Source: Octopus sinensis
Lineage: Eukaryota
DNA: 64,000 nt
Assembly: GCF_006345805.1 (NCBI RefSeq)
Contig: NC_043000.1
Span: 55,304,001-55,368,000, forward strand
Direction: 5' to 3'
Each line of letters begins with the position of its first letter. Positions within the stretch are counted from its first letter, which is position 1. Shown piece by piece: positions 26,106 through 38,608 of this stretch. The notes below the pieces were generated by a model. The model had not been told where the DNA came from, searched no databases, and saw only the letters and a list, made by a program, of their open reading frames with translations. The position numbers were made by a program, and so were the translations under genes.

Positions 26106-26260
26106 TATATATATACATATATACGATGAGGTTCTTCCAGTTTCCGTCTACCAAATCCACTCACAAGGCTTTGGTCGGCCCGAGGCTACAGCAGAAGACA
26201 ATTGTCCAAGATGTCCTGTAGTTTGTAAGTAAGTTACTTACCACACAACCACTCCTATGC
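25828..26260 (-). mobile_element. SINE family A, near full length, B-box region deleted
   Basis: Aligns to 45446-45909 in reverse, with an internal (TA)n/(CA)n tract. Confidence 0.88.
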
Positions 26261-26284
26261 CTATATAAATATATATATATATTA

Positions 26285-26317
<33 letters not shown>

Positions 26318-26639
26318 TCATATACATATATATATACATACATGTATATATACATGCATACATATACATACGTAGAGGTAGATAGATAAGTATAAATATA
26401 TCAAGGTAAGGTCGAATCATTGAGAAACAGGAACAAAGTGAGATTCAAGCAATCCGCAGAAAATATTTTAAAAAGTACAACTTTCAGGGACAATAATGGT
26501 TTATTGGAGTGGGAGTTTGTGAACGTTTCCCATATGTAAGTATGATAAGACAAAAAACATTATTTCATATTTCACGTTTGGCAAGCAGGGTTACCGGGTA
26601 TGCGAATGAAAATCCAAATGTTAAGGAATGGAGTAGATC

Positions 26640-28620
26640 AAATCCGAGCTACTTATGTTTCAGAGCGAGCGGAACCACGGAAACTTTCAGAGTGAGTGGA
26701 CCTGGGAAGCTTTCATAGCGAGCGGAAGGTAGGAAGGTTTCGCTGGCTATGGATTTGGGCTTGCTGATATAAATTAAAAATCCAAAATTAGAATCACAGT
26801 TCAAGCTAAATGTATATAATAGAAATTTGTAGTGCAATATAGGGATTTAATACAAACATGTGTACACTTTATTACATATAAAAAGGTCCGAATTACAGAA
26901 AATTGAAATGATATCAGGAATTAAAGGTTGAATAAGAGTTTTACGTGTCCAACAGCTGTTTCTGAGAGCTTGGTGGTCCAAAATAGCGACTGTAAATTGA
27001 TTGTATCATTGGATAATACCAGCCTCCGTCTTCAGGGAGGAAGTTTACATTTGAAGTGTTGAGAGAATGGAGTTTAAATATAGAATGAATTTGCGGAGAA
27101 TAAAATGTATTAGAAAGAGGAGTTGCTGGGTATTTAGATAGAGAGTAGTGGGAGGAGAAAATAATTGTTAGGGTTAGAGTAAATAATGATACTAGTGAAA
27201 GTAGTAAAGGCAGAAGGTTGGGGGAGGGGGAAGGATTGTTTTGGTAGTATCTGAATGATGATCTTTGTGTTAATTTGTATTAAGACTATAGCGTTAACGG
27301 TTGGGAGAATGAAAAATGGGGATGGCTATTATTTGAGGGAAATACATTGACTGGATCAGTGCTGAGGGAGATTAGTAAGTAGAGAGGAATGTGAGGGGAT
27401 GGAGGAAAATAGTATGTGGGGTGAGAAGGTGGACACGTGGTAGCTGTTAGTGGGATAAAGAAATTGGTTTGGTATTGGAGGTGGGGTGTGTTATGGTAAA
27501 GAGAGATGTATGAAATTGAATAGGGTGGTGTGAAGGGGCAGAAATATATTGGTTAGTTTTCAAAGAAACTGGGGTATTGTTAAGTGCTTTAAGAGAATAG
27601 GGAGAGTGGGGAGGCTAAGAAGAATTCGGAAGAATTAGGAAGAACTTAGAAATGTGAGTATGAAAAAGAATAAGATGGGTGCATTTTTTTATGTAGTAAA
27701 TTGCAAGGATGACTTTGTCTTACCTTAGAGTTTTTTGGGGGTATGGAAATTTATGGGATTACAAAGATTTAGTAAAGTGAGTGAAAGGTGAGCAGCACAT
27801 GTATTTTCAAGAATAAATAACATTAGAGAATCTATTAATAAACGAGGAACTACGAAGGGAAAAATGGTTAATGATTCTTTAAGACAACTTACACTTGCCG
27901 ATGTCTGCATTATGTGGGGAGTTTCGCTTACTATGGACCGGGATAGAAATATTTTGAGATTTAAGGTTGTGTAAATACCTTGCTAAGGAAGTTGATATAT
28001 TATAATTTGGATTCTGTGAACAGTAGCGGCGCTTGAAATCTACGGCACCCCCGATATGTACCCTTGCCTGGTGGGAGCGTGCTGTTTCGCTCGCTGTGGA
28101 TTTGGGCTTGCTGGTGTAGATTGAAAATCAAGAATTAGAAGTCACAGTTTAAGCTAAATGTATATACTAGAAAGATGGTACTTGCAGATTATATTTTGCG
28201 TATACAGAAGCCCCAAAGAAGGCTTAATTGAAAAACGCGACAGTTGCAAGTTTTCCTACCTGCTCCGTTGTTGGGGGTTTACTACTAGTTGAGCTCGGTT
28301 GATTCATTTTTAGTGGGAGAGAATCTGAAATGTAATATGTATTGGATTGGGAGGTGGTATTGCAGATAGTATTTGTTGTTGCGTAGGTAGGATTGTGGAA
28401 TGATGGCTTGAGTCTAGTATTATTTAATTGAGGGGTGTTAGTAAAGGTTGTGTTATTGTTACTATGTGGGCTAACTTGGGGTGCAGTGTGAGAGTTTAGG
28501 TGTTCAGAGGACTGGTATTGGAGTTTGCACACAGGCAAATCCCAACTATGCCAGTCGATGAGAGATTGTACGAATTGTATAAAACCAATCATTTTATCAA
28601 GAGTTTAAGGTGGGAAAAAT
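26640..28620 (-). mobile_element. Tandem Penelope-like element remnants with a repeated head (pseudo-LTR arrangement)
   Basis: A diverged direct repeat lies at about 26738-26830 and 28084-28175. The segment has a strong strand skew, an N-terminal-type ORF remnant (..LSLTLLNLCNPINFHTPKKL), a PTLN-like end near 28600 and a hammerhead-like motif at 26948-27043. No RT motifs remain. Confidence 0.55.
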
Positions 28621-29460
28621 TGCTACTATGAAAAAGGCGAGTACGCTGGAAATCTCAAACAGAGCTACGGGTTCAAATCAGTTAAATGCCCATCATATAC
28701 TACAGCCAGTCATTGGCGCTGATCAAAACTGAAACTTTACTTCTCAAATTAGGCCAGGCAACTTAAACTAAATAAATTGACCTTCTTATAATTATTTCTT
28801 TTCTATCTCACAAAAAAATTGAATATTCTCGACGCCTAATTAGAGTTTACCCTATTCTACCCACCAGATGAATGCACCGATTAATAAATTATAAATAAGG
28901 TTTGAAAAAGAAACAATCCTACAGTCTGATGACCACCAATAGGCTGAAACTGGGGGACAAAGCTTTTTATTTTGTAGATATAAATAAATGTAATACCGCA
29001 CTGAAAATATTGTGAGCCTTCAATTCAATTTTCGATTGATTATATAGAATTTTATATAAAAACCAAAACATTATATATGTGTGTGCTTGTGTGTGTGCGC
29101 GCACGTGCGTATGTGTGTCTGTCTTGTCTGTATCTGTCTGAGCGTGCGTGCGTGTCCATATGTGTCCATTTGTGTATGTTTGAGTGTTACGCATTATATA
29201 AAATTCTATATAAATAATACACAGACATGTATATATAAGTATATATGTACATATACCGATGATGATTCATTCATTCTGCATCTACATATACATATAGCCT
29301 TAGCGCTGTGTGTAGTCATGTTATATTCTAGAATATCTTTATATTCGTAGTCATACTTTTCTACATTTTTACGACCAAATCTATAACTGTGCAGCTATAT
29401 AGGTGTGTTTGTGTGTTTTTGTGTATGTGTGTGTGTTTCTGTGTGTGTGTGTATGTGTGT

Positions 29461-29502
<42 letters not shown>

Positions 29503-30174
29503 ATACACAGCTACAAATCTCAATATTTAAATAAAAATAACATTACCATATGATTAATTACAATTATTACTTCATAGACAATATTTCGAGTAACATATCG
29601 GATGTTCTCTGACGTAATATTCCTCTGATATAAGTACTGAGATATCGAGAAAACTATAGTTATTACTTTAACAGTAGAATTATCGATATTTAATATTTGC
29701 ATAATGACATCCCAAATATAGGCTATTTCAAAGGGATGCATCTATTATGCCAACGTTTCATTACTGTATATTTTTACGAGATATTTATTATTATTCGCAT
29801 GTTCTGTCTCACGCACACTATAACAGTAAACGTCAGAATCTGGGGACATATCTTCTCGCCAGATTCAGATGATCGAATCCGTTTTATATGGTTTATGATT
29901 CGAATACAATTGGGAATGACACTAAATTCAGAATTTCTCATTACTTCTCATTTTAAACATGTATTCCCGCCTATATGTGACAATATGCTTTACATTTTTT
30001 ATTCTGAACAAAGAATTTAACTCTTGCAAATAATGGAAATTGTCCTACATGCAAATATGAAGACGTTATTATCAGAATAAAGTAAAAGTTTTAAAATATA
30101 TGCATGATACGAAACCTAAGATAAACTACCATGTGTATTTTACAAAATTTATATCTAATATAGCTCAAGATTAA

Positions 30175-30352
30175 GTGGGCGAGCTGGTAGAATCATTACC
30201 ACGGCAGACATAATGCCTTGCAACACTTTGTCTGTCTTTATTTTCTTAGTTCAACCCCACCCCGGAAACCTTGTCTATCATCATTTAGGGGTTGATGTAT
30301 TTGAATAGTCCCCTCCATCAAAATTTCAAGTTTTGGGCCTACACTAGAAAGG
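30175..30352 (+). mobile_element. SINE family B, old copy
   Basis: Head GGCGAGCTGGTAGAATCATTA and tail CAAAATTTCAAG..GGGCCTA..CTAGAAAGGAT. Confidence 0.6.
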
Positions 30353-31374
30353 ATCATTTCTGGAGAGCAGAAAGCTCACAGAGATATTCGAGAATCAGAT
30401 GCAATTTCTTGTGGTATTTGTCCGGAATTTTCTGTTCTGATTCTAAATGATGCTGGGGCCAAATTTGCAAGCCATGTTTGCAGGCCCGATATTGGTTTCA
30501 AATTTTGGCACAAAATCCCGAAAGTACATTTCTTCGCAACAAGAGTATATCTGAAATTTTGAGGCTGTTAACATAGGTGAAATATGCGCATCTAGTCTTT
30601 GTATTCATTTACCATTGACTCTATTAAATTGCAGCATTTCTTAACTGCATAATACTAACGGCTGTGATACCCTATCCAAACGTTAATCATTGATTCTATG
30701 GTCTTCTGGATATAGCACCTAGACATCCTTGAAACCCCACCTGTCTTCTTCCACAATGATGGACATCTTCCTGGAGGCATCATAGAAAATGATTATGTTG
30801 TGGCCACAGCTAGCATACTTTTGATTATTAGTTTACCCAGAAAGTTATTCTGGGGGTAGATAAAAAATGGAGATATATTTGAAGACACTATTGGGTATTT
30901 TGTTTTTGATGTTGTTATGTAATCTTGACGTTAAAAATGACGTTAAATTTCCAATGATATATTGTATTTTAATTGTGTCTTTTATGTATTTTAAATAAAG
31001 CTAGCGTACTGATATGGTGAATACTCATATTAAAGAGAGCATATACAAATGTAAGTGATGATAGTCCATAAAATCCTGTGTACACGTTTCTTCAACGGAT
31101 TATGGTCATTACATATACCCAACAAAACTTAATTGATGTGCTTCGATAAAAGAATGTACTAGAGTAATGGTTCCAGTTGCATAGAGCAGAGCAACGATCA
31201 TTACACCAGGGTACTTTTTCCAAAATAAGTCCTATTTTTGAATCACTTCTGACATCTTTGTGTGATGTATAAGTGTCACATGTTATCTGTTTTACTGATA
31301 CAATTTCTAAAAGACTGATAAATACGACAGAAGAATCTGTTATAATTAAGATATTATTAACTATTAACTTTCAG

Positions 31375-31524
31375 ATTTCAAAGGAATGTCTTGGTGGCTT
31401 TTGCTGGAGATCTATAAACCTGTTTAGTGACTTCGTACAGGCTACAGTTGGCAAAAGCCAAATAAGAACTACTTCCTTATCCTCACTTGATGCACAAGAT
31501 TTATTCGTCGTCCTTGAGAGAGCA
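31375..31524 (+). CDS. Candidate exon C (phase 0 to 0; ISKECLGGFCWRSINLFSDFVQATVGKSQIRTTSLSSLDAQDLFVVLERA)
   Basis: Acceptor ctattaactttcag, donor GCA|GTAAGT, 150 nt. The other two frames are closed and GC is above background. Confidence 0.7.
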
Positions 31525-31688
31525 GTAAGTAGAGTTATACTTTACCTTATATAAAAAAAACATAATATAATATAGAAATAACTCGCTTAGCGGCGCAAAC
31601 ACGTTTATCGTTCATTTACTTTGAGATAATATTTTCAGTGAGATAACTACTTTGACCGTATAAATTCCACCTTTCTTTATATTAATAA

Positions 31689-32201
31689 CTAGCAGTATCG
31701 CCCGGCGTTGCTCGGGTTTGTAAGGGAAATAACTATATAAGCATTTTTAGAGAGTTACTTCCCTTATAGATGCCAATTCGGGCTTTCTTAGCCATTTCTG
31801 TTTTGGTGTATTCAAGCCATGAAGTCGTTGTTCTAAAAGAACGCTGGTCTCCTTGACAACGCTGTACGACGTTAAATTCCTTACACTCCCTTCCCCACAG
31901 CTTCACGAGGGAGGGAAGAATGGGTAGAAGCAAACAGGTGCAGGTGTGACCATGGACGCCAACTCCGCCGCCATCGACACACGAAAAATTATGCATTAAA
32001 ATGAAATAAAAAATTATGTTAAATTATTTTTAAAATCTTAGACTCATCGTAGACGCGCGCTAATACTCAGACGGGCTCGATATGAATCACGACTATAAGA
32101 TACCCGACTTTGGTTCTACTGCACTGCAAAATGTGGGAGTAGTTAGGAATCTAAATCGAAGGGGACAGACACTCACACAACTACAGTTTTATATATATAG
32201 A
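31689..32201 (-). mobile_element. Non-autonomous Helitron (513 bp)
   Basis: Minus strand starts A|TCTATATATATAAAAC and ends CCCGAGCAACGCCGGG (hairpin) CGATACTG-CTAG|T. It has an AT target and no TSD. Confidence 0.85.
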
Positions 32202-33791
32202 TATATATGTTACGTTATCTTCTAAATAATAGTTAAAGCAATACATTTAGTTAACTGAAAGCATTAAACTTCATTATGTGGTATCATAAGAGGACCAAAT
32301 CGTCCACAATACTGTTTTTTTTTTCCTTTTTGGTTTTTAACATTTCTTGGCTGAAGCAAAATTCCGTCAGTCATGTTTTATTTTCCGATATTCTTCATGG
32401 TAATCTGTCGGATGACTTGCGTTCATGTTATAGAATGCACTGTTTCCTCGATATCATTCTAGATGCTGTGGCATATTATCAACTCACATATAATTCATGT
32501 TTTCTCTTCGCATCTGTTGACTCTGCTTTGATAGTGTATTTATCATTCAGGTTCATGCTCAGGTACACAGGATCTGTTTACTTATTGCTGTGGAGTTACC
32601 ATTTTCCACTCATGTTTTCTCTCACTTTTTTGCCTGTATTGTCTTGTTTATTCACTTGTGTTAACAAGTTTTCGATTTAATTCTGTACAGAAAGTTACTT
32701 AAATGTAAAGTAAGAATAATATTTGAAGTGCAAACAATTTGGTGACGTATAAGAAGCTGAAAGATAATAAAACTTATCAAATTAGAAAACCTCTTGTCTT
32801 ACTGTAATACATGATTTTCCATAAAGAAAAAGATGTAATTTACTTGGAAAATATTTTCACAAAATTAAAAAAAAAAGAAAAGTTCTTTTCTACAAAATGA
32901 AATTATTCAAGGGAAACAAGGGCATCATCCCTAATTTCAAATTTTAGTTTGTATATCTATGGAAACGCTTTCACATTTTCGAAAGCTTTTGCCTTGACAA
33001 TTTCCCCGAGAAAATGAAATTATTAGAAGAGAAGCATTGTGCTACATAATGAAATTATTGAGTTACCCAAGTAGCCTTGATCTACACTCATGTATGTTCC
33101 ACATACACCTGAAGATTTCAGAATTAATTTCGCTATTATGAGTGAAAAACAGCCTACAACTCTAAAGATCCATCTAAGATGATGCCAAGTTGTAGTATGA
33201 AACGGAATGCAAATATACAAATGCTGAAGCAACTGGAATCCAAAAATCAAGCGTACGTGTGTAAGCCATTCCACTGCATCCCATCCACAGTTAAGTCCAT
33301 CGGGAAAATATAGACTAAATGACAATTTTGGACATAAAATGCCCATTGCTCTCAAGAAGAGTCACCGTGAGATCTTGCAGTAGAGCCAATAACACCGAAC
33401 TATGGAACACATTTCTAAGAGTTGTACTAAGATTAAAATAATCATGGATCAGATTAATGAAAATAATTCCTGCCAGGAACAAAAATTATTTTAAACATGA
33501 TATCCTACCACTGGGAACTGCTTCGTGAGAGATTAAGGAAAATACGGAAGGTATAAGTAACATTCTTTAAAAGCAACCTATATTCGAGAAAGAGCCACGG
33601 CTTTGGAACCCCACTCACGATATTGCCTATCTATCCTCTTTTGCGTGACCAATTTTCAACCACACTTTTTGAGAATAGGCCTGTGCTTTCGTCAATTTTA
33701 ATTTAAAGTTGAGTAATTTAACGCGTTGAATGACTCTCTAATATCTTTAATACCTTTTAAACGTGTTTAATAACATTTTAATAGGTTTAAA

Positions 33792-33889
33792 TTACATTAT
33801 TTACATTTGACAGACATTTGTCCTCATCCTGTTTGTTGTTAGCAACAAACAAGATGAGGACAAATATCCGTCAAATGTAAATAATGTAA
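33792..33889. repeat. Fold-back inverted repeat, 47-bp arms, 3 mismatches, 4-nt loop
   Basis: TTACATTATTTACATTTGACAGACATTTGTCCTCATCCTGTTTGTTG-TTAG-CAACAAACAAGATGAGGACAAATATCCGTCAAATGTAAATAATGTAA. Confidence 0.92.
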
Positions 33890-35844
33890 ATAATGTACAT
33901 AATTTCCCATCTCTTAAATACAGACCTGTAGTCTTAAATTACTTTTTTTTTCTACTTCAATTATAATTTCATATTATAATGTTTAGCATCAAATTATGTT
34001 AGATTATCTGTAGATAGTGCTTGAAGAGTACAGCTCAAAATTTCTAAATTATTCAGTCTCGCGATATCATAATGTCTGTTTGCAACATTGTCTGAAACAA
34101 TGTGTTATGTTGTTTTTACAATTGTGTTATGTTAACGACCCTGTATAGTGTGTTGAGTACATTACTATCCGTTCAGCTTTAACATTAAATGAAAACGAGA
34201 AAACACAATTATAGATTGTAGGGCTAATCACTAATATTTAATTTTGTGTGGATTATTCCACTTGTTATGGTTTCAGAAAAAGATTTTCTCATCTAAAAAC
34301 AAATCATATGCTCAACTCGCAATAGTTTCGCTATTCTTTGGACATCTTATTTAGGCTGATATTTAAATTTCGTTCGCCAATTGAATCAATTGTATTACAT
34401 ACAACAAAACAGATTGCATAATTGTTACACTAGTCCTTTATCCAAGGTGCCAGACATTTCCTTTGTAATATATTGAGCTCTAACAAAAGTTTTAAGAACT
34501 TCTCACAAACAGCCTGACAACGACATGTACAATTTGTTGAGAAAACTTTAGAGCAAACAATGATTAAGAGCAACATTTGTCTTTTGAAAACCCCAGGCAA
34601 TTGTTAGGTAAAATCTCAGGCTCGCGTATTCTGAAATGGATGCCAATGATTCGGGATATGAAGTGCAAGTGTTGTAATATTGCAGTTCCGTGTCTCTTTT
34701 AGTAGTGTTGGTAGATCTATATCAACAGAGGTCACAAAAGAGAAGAGTATACAAAATGTGTGTAGTTAAGAATCTAACTATCTGTTCTCTGAACAGGTTC
34801 CTCTACTTTTACAAATATAACAATCATTATAAATGGTTAATGATAAGGTCGTAGGGGCAAAGAATATGGAAAGAATAAAACAGTGAGAAAAATCTAGAAT
34901 TGTGATTACAAAAGATCATGGCAGTTTGAGAGATGTAAATATGCAGAAAACAATCTTCAAATGAATGTAAACCTTGACAGCCAATATTTTTGATTGGTTG
35001 TACGAAAACAAGAGAAACAAAAATAAATTAAAAAAGAAAGAAAGAATCAGATAATCACAAATATGTAAACCGAAAAGATACAAGGATATTTAGGTCAGGG
35101 AAAAAAAGAAAGAGAACAAAGAAGGTGAAGTCAGAAGGTACATAATAACAAAATAAAACAGAGATACGAAACAGAGAGAAAGAGAGAAAGGAACATCATA
35201 TGATTATATTATATTGAGTGATTTATAACATCTTGGTCTCTGATGAAACATAAATATCGCTTTGTCTCATGGCATACTAACATAATGCTCTTTATTTTCA
35301 TTGTTCTAGCTTAGTACGTGACTGACTTACCGACGCAACCTACTCTTATTCATTTTCACCAAAAACTATCAACATTTCCACAACAACAAATATTCTATGA
35401 TTTTTATTGATTATACTTGTTATATTTGATTTTAAGAACTTTAAGGTTTCCTGGTAACAGCATAATATTCATATCGGCTGTATATATTATTTATATATGA
35501 GTTACTTGAAGAAAGATGCGACATCTAGGCGTATCATAAATACATATACATATTCCTCTCTCTCTCTCTATATATATATATATGTATATGTGTGTGTATG
35601 TGTGTGTGTTTTTGTGTGTGTGTGTTTGTGTGTGTGTGTACATGTGTATGCGTGCGTGCTTGTGCGTGTGTGTCTCTGAATTTCCACCGACACCCCACGG
35701 ATAAACTCAAACTATTATTTGCTGATGTTAAAACAATTTTAGCTCAGCCCTCTTATTTTATTCCACACGAGTAGAAATATAGGAAAAATAGAAGTTGAAA
35801 ATGCACTGACAAAAGTTAGAGTATCTTTTATTATTACATTTAAA

Positions 35845-36600
35845 GATTTAAGAGGTTTCACAGCTTACATTGATTTTCAAAAGTTTGAAATAGTAAGACA
35901 TGGTTTATATCTAAGTTGTTTTGAATCTGACTCATGTTTGAAGCTTGCACTATTTTTATAGGGGATTCACGGCTCAAATTAGTATATGTTTTGAATAGGG
36001 TTGACTGGTAGAGGATAGTCACACGAGTCTTAGACACTTTTCTAGGTTACCCGCTACGTCCGTGTGTTAGTAGCAAGTGAAAATATTTAGCATCCTAAAT
36101 TAAGGCTGACACAGTTGACAGAATAGGTCTAATGGTAATACTAAACAATCAATGCTCTGAGTGTTTTCTGTCAAGTGTTTGTAGAGAATGAACACGTGAT
36201 TAAGTTTAGAACCTTCTGTACGTTTCCTGCTGTAGTGTCACATGGCAGTGTATTTTGCGCCTAAAATGAAGGCCGACAAAGTGGAGTGAACATGTTTAGT
36301 TACAATCAAGGAACTCCAAATTTATCTATTTGGTGGGGGAGTTGACAGGAGTTGTTTGTATCTAGACAAGTGGCTAAAGTTTAGGCTGTTAGCTGTGTAG
36401 GTTCATGTTAAGTGGCAGAATGATTTTTGTGTATGAATAGTTATTTCTGTATGTAATCTGTTACAGCTTGTTAAGTCTGGGTGTGTACTATGGTACTGGG
36501 TGTGTATGAAACTATTCTCTTTGTTTATCCGTGTTTCATTTGTGGTAGTTACCGAACATAAGTAGAGTGGGAAGACCTGGAATTTGGGGACTTATTCTGT
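35845..36600 (-). mobile_element. Penelope-like element 3' end (GIY-YIG C-terminus plus 3' region), decayed
   Basis: Minus strand reads PKFQVFPLYLCSVTTTNETRINKENSFI..YTPRLN, homologous to the 51672 copy (PQFLIFPFYQC..QIRLNKETFFIEKYKPRLN). Confidence 0.7.
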
Positions 36601-36608
36601 TGCATATA

Positions 36609-36639
<31 letters not shown>

Positions 36640-37098
36640 ATGTATGTATGTATGTATGTATGTATATGTGTGTATGTATATTACTGTTATGAAATCTTAC
36701 TTGAGTACCTCATTGTGGTCCAATAGTGTCGATGGTTGTTAGATATTTTAGCATGGTGACGGATGATAAAGAAAATAATTTTAAGATCTCTCCCCATATG
36801 CCTCTTGTTTCACACTTATAAACTACTTACAAAGGGTAGTAGTAAAAAAACCTGGACAACCAACTATGTATGTGTATGTGTTGAGCGCGTGTGTGTGTGT
36901 GCGTGTGTGTGTCTATTTAAACATATATACGTAGTTAGGTAGATGGTAGATTGGTGGATGATAGAAAATAAGCAGTTAATAAGCTACACACATACACATA
37001 TGATACATTTTCATATAAATTTACATTTATGCATGAAAGTGTGTGTTAGTGAGTGATTGTGTGAGTGAGTGTGTTTATGTGAGTATGTGTGTGTATGT

Positions 37099-37131
<33 letters not shown>

Positions 37132-38326
37132 TAATTGTATGTACGCGTGTGCGTATGTTGCGCCAGTAATTTGCTCACGTTATTTTTGCATGCTGCACCA
37201 AGTGAGCCATTGTAACAATTTCTGTTTATGGAGCAACGTAGAAATTCATTTTAATTTTCTTTTGTTATTACATTCATTTATCTCGCTTACTGTAATATAT
37301 TTATTTCGTTCATTTATTGCAGCTACAAATTTACACACAGCTATATTTTGTTTTCATTATATACTTATGTCGAACCTGAATAACTGAAACACTATTCACC
37401 AATATATCCAGACTAATTTACTTTCCATTAGTAAAGAATCAATTTGTTAGTGACCTTATGGTTATTCACAAAATATGTATGGGTGTGCAATTGAAACTAG
37501 GTTTATTCTAGTTTCGGAATTTTTATATTTCTAAACACTTTTTGTGTATCGTCAGATCTAAAGAAAGCGTTTCAAGCAATTCACACAGTTGTAATATTTG
37601 AAACTTTAATTACTGTTATATATACGACAAAATTGCTTTTGTCAACTTTGTTCAGAAGGAACTGTGCATGTAACACCCACAGGGCAAAATATTTTAAATA
37701 TTAATGTTTACTTTTATATTTGTATTAATTATTTATTCAATATTGCAAAATTAATCATTTCAGTTTCAAGTAACGTTCTTATTACAATAAAGACTAAACT
37801 CTCCAAATCTGCAAAATCCAATTTTGTCTATTCGTACACTTCTCACATTCAGTTATATTTCTTGAATCCAATTGTAATTGTGCATCGTACATTATAAGAT
37901 GAATCGATTAGCATCGGAAATACCTTAATCCTAATAAGAAAGCAATTCCCACTCATAACTATTATAAACGGTGAAACAACCACATAATTATATTCAAGTA
38001 ACCAAATGTAATTGCTGCAGAATATGAATAGAATCCCTCTTAAGGGATAATTATTAACGTAAGTAGTTCCTACGATGCAGAATTTACATCCAAATATGTG
38101 CTAACGCAAATACGAAAGTCATTTCTGTTCTTATAGTTCAATCAATCGAAATCCATTGGAAGAATATATTTTCCTTCCAAAAGAAAATGATTGTTGCCGT
38201 CTTCCTTGATCAGCTGTTGACAGGATTCGATAGAAGCTATATGTGAGGTCTGTTAGTTAATATAAGACGCGTGATATCGGCCTGTGTGAGAAGCAATAAG
38301 AGGGAATACATTTCTTCTTTTAAAAG

Positions 38327-38608
38327 TTGGTTGCCAACGGCGCCCTCTCAGAGGGAACATTAAGCCAAAATGGTGTCCTGGGTCGTTGCTGTGCTGAAGC
38401 CATTGTTCAGTCATACAATGAATTTTTACATATATTGTCTATGGAGAGAAATTTCTACCGAGAATACTGTACAGACAAGTGTGTATATGAAGTTAAATAT
38501 ACGTCCGGTAATAAAGTTACCAATGGTTTTGGATCGATAAAGAGCTTAGCTTTACAAACGCCTCATCAGACTCCAAAGGCCATGGGCCATTGATGTTAAG
38601 AACTGAAG
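38327..38608 (+). CDS. Candidate exon D (phase 0 to 1 if one A is missing at 38513-38515; LVANGALSEGTLSQNGVLGRCCAEAIVQSYNEFLHILSMERNFYREYCTDKCVYEVKYTSGNK/SYQWFWIDKELSFTNASSDSKGHGPLMLRTE)
   Basis: Acceptor atttcttcttttaaaag, donor AAG|GTAAGA. Two overlapping open frames cover the interval, and the phases join exons C and E only with a 1-nt frameshift. Confidence 0.6.

Noticed and set aside
26486-26533. Candidate + exon DNNGLLEWEFVNVSH with a GTAAGT donor
   Set aside because: Phase 2 to 2 cannot sit between exon B (ends 0) and exon C (starts 0), and it lies beside repeat-derived DNA.
28929-28960. CTGATGA...GAAAC hammerhead-like motif
   Set aside because: No stem III, cleavage triplet or stem I pairing.
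32276-32680. 134-aa hydrophobic ORF
   Set aside because: It reflects T-rich strand bias, and no splice or domain support was found.
33150-33450. Possible pogo/Tigger HTH remnant (..QAYVCKPF..PSTVKSIGK)
   Set aside because: The similarity is too weak, and no TIR or DDD motif is in register.
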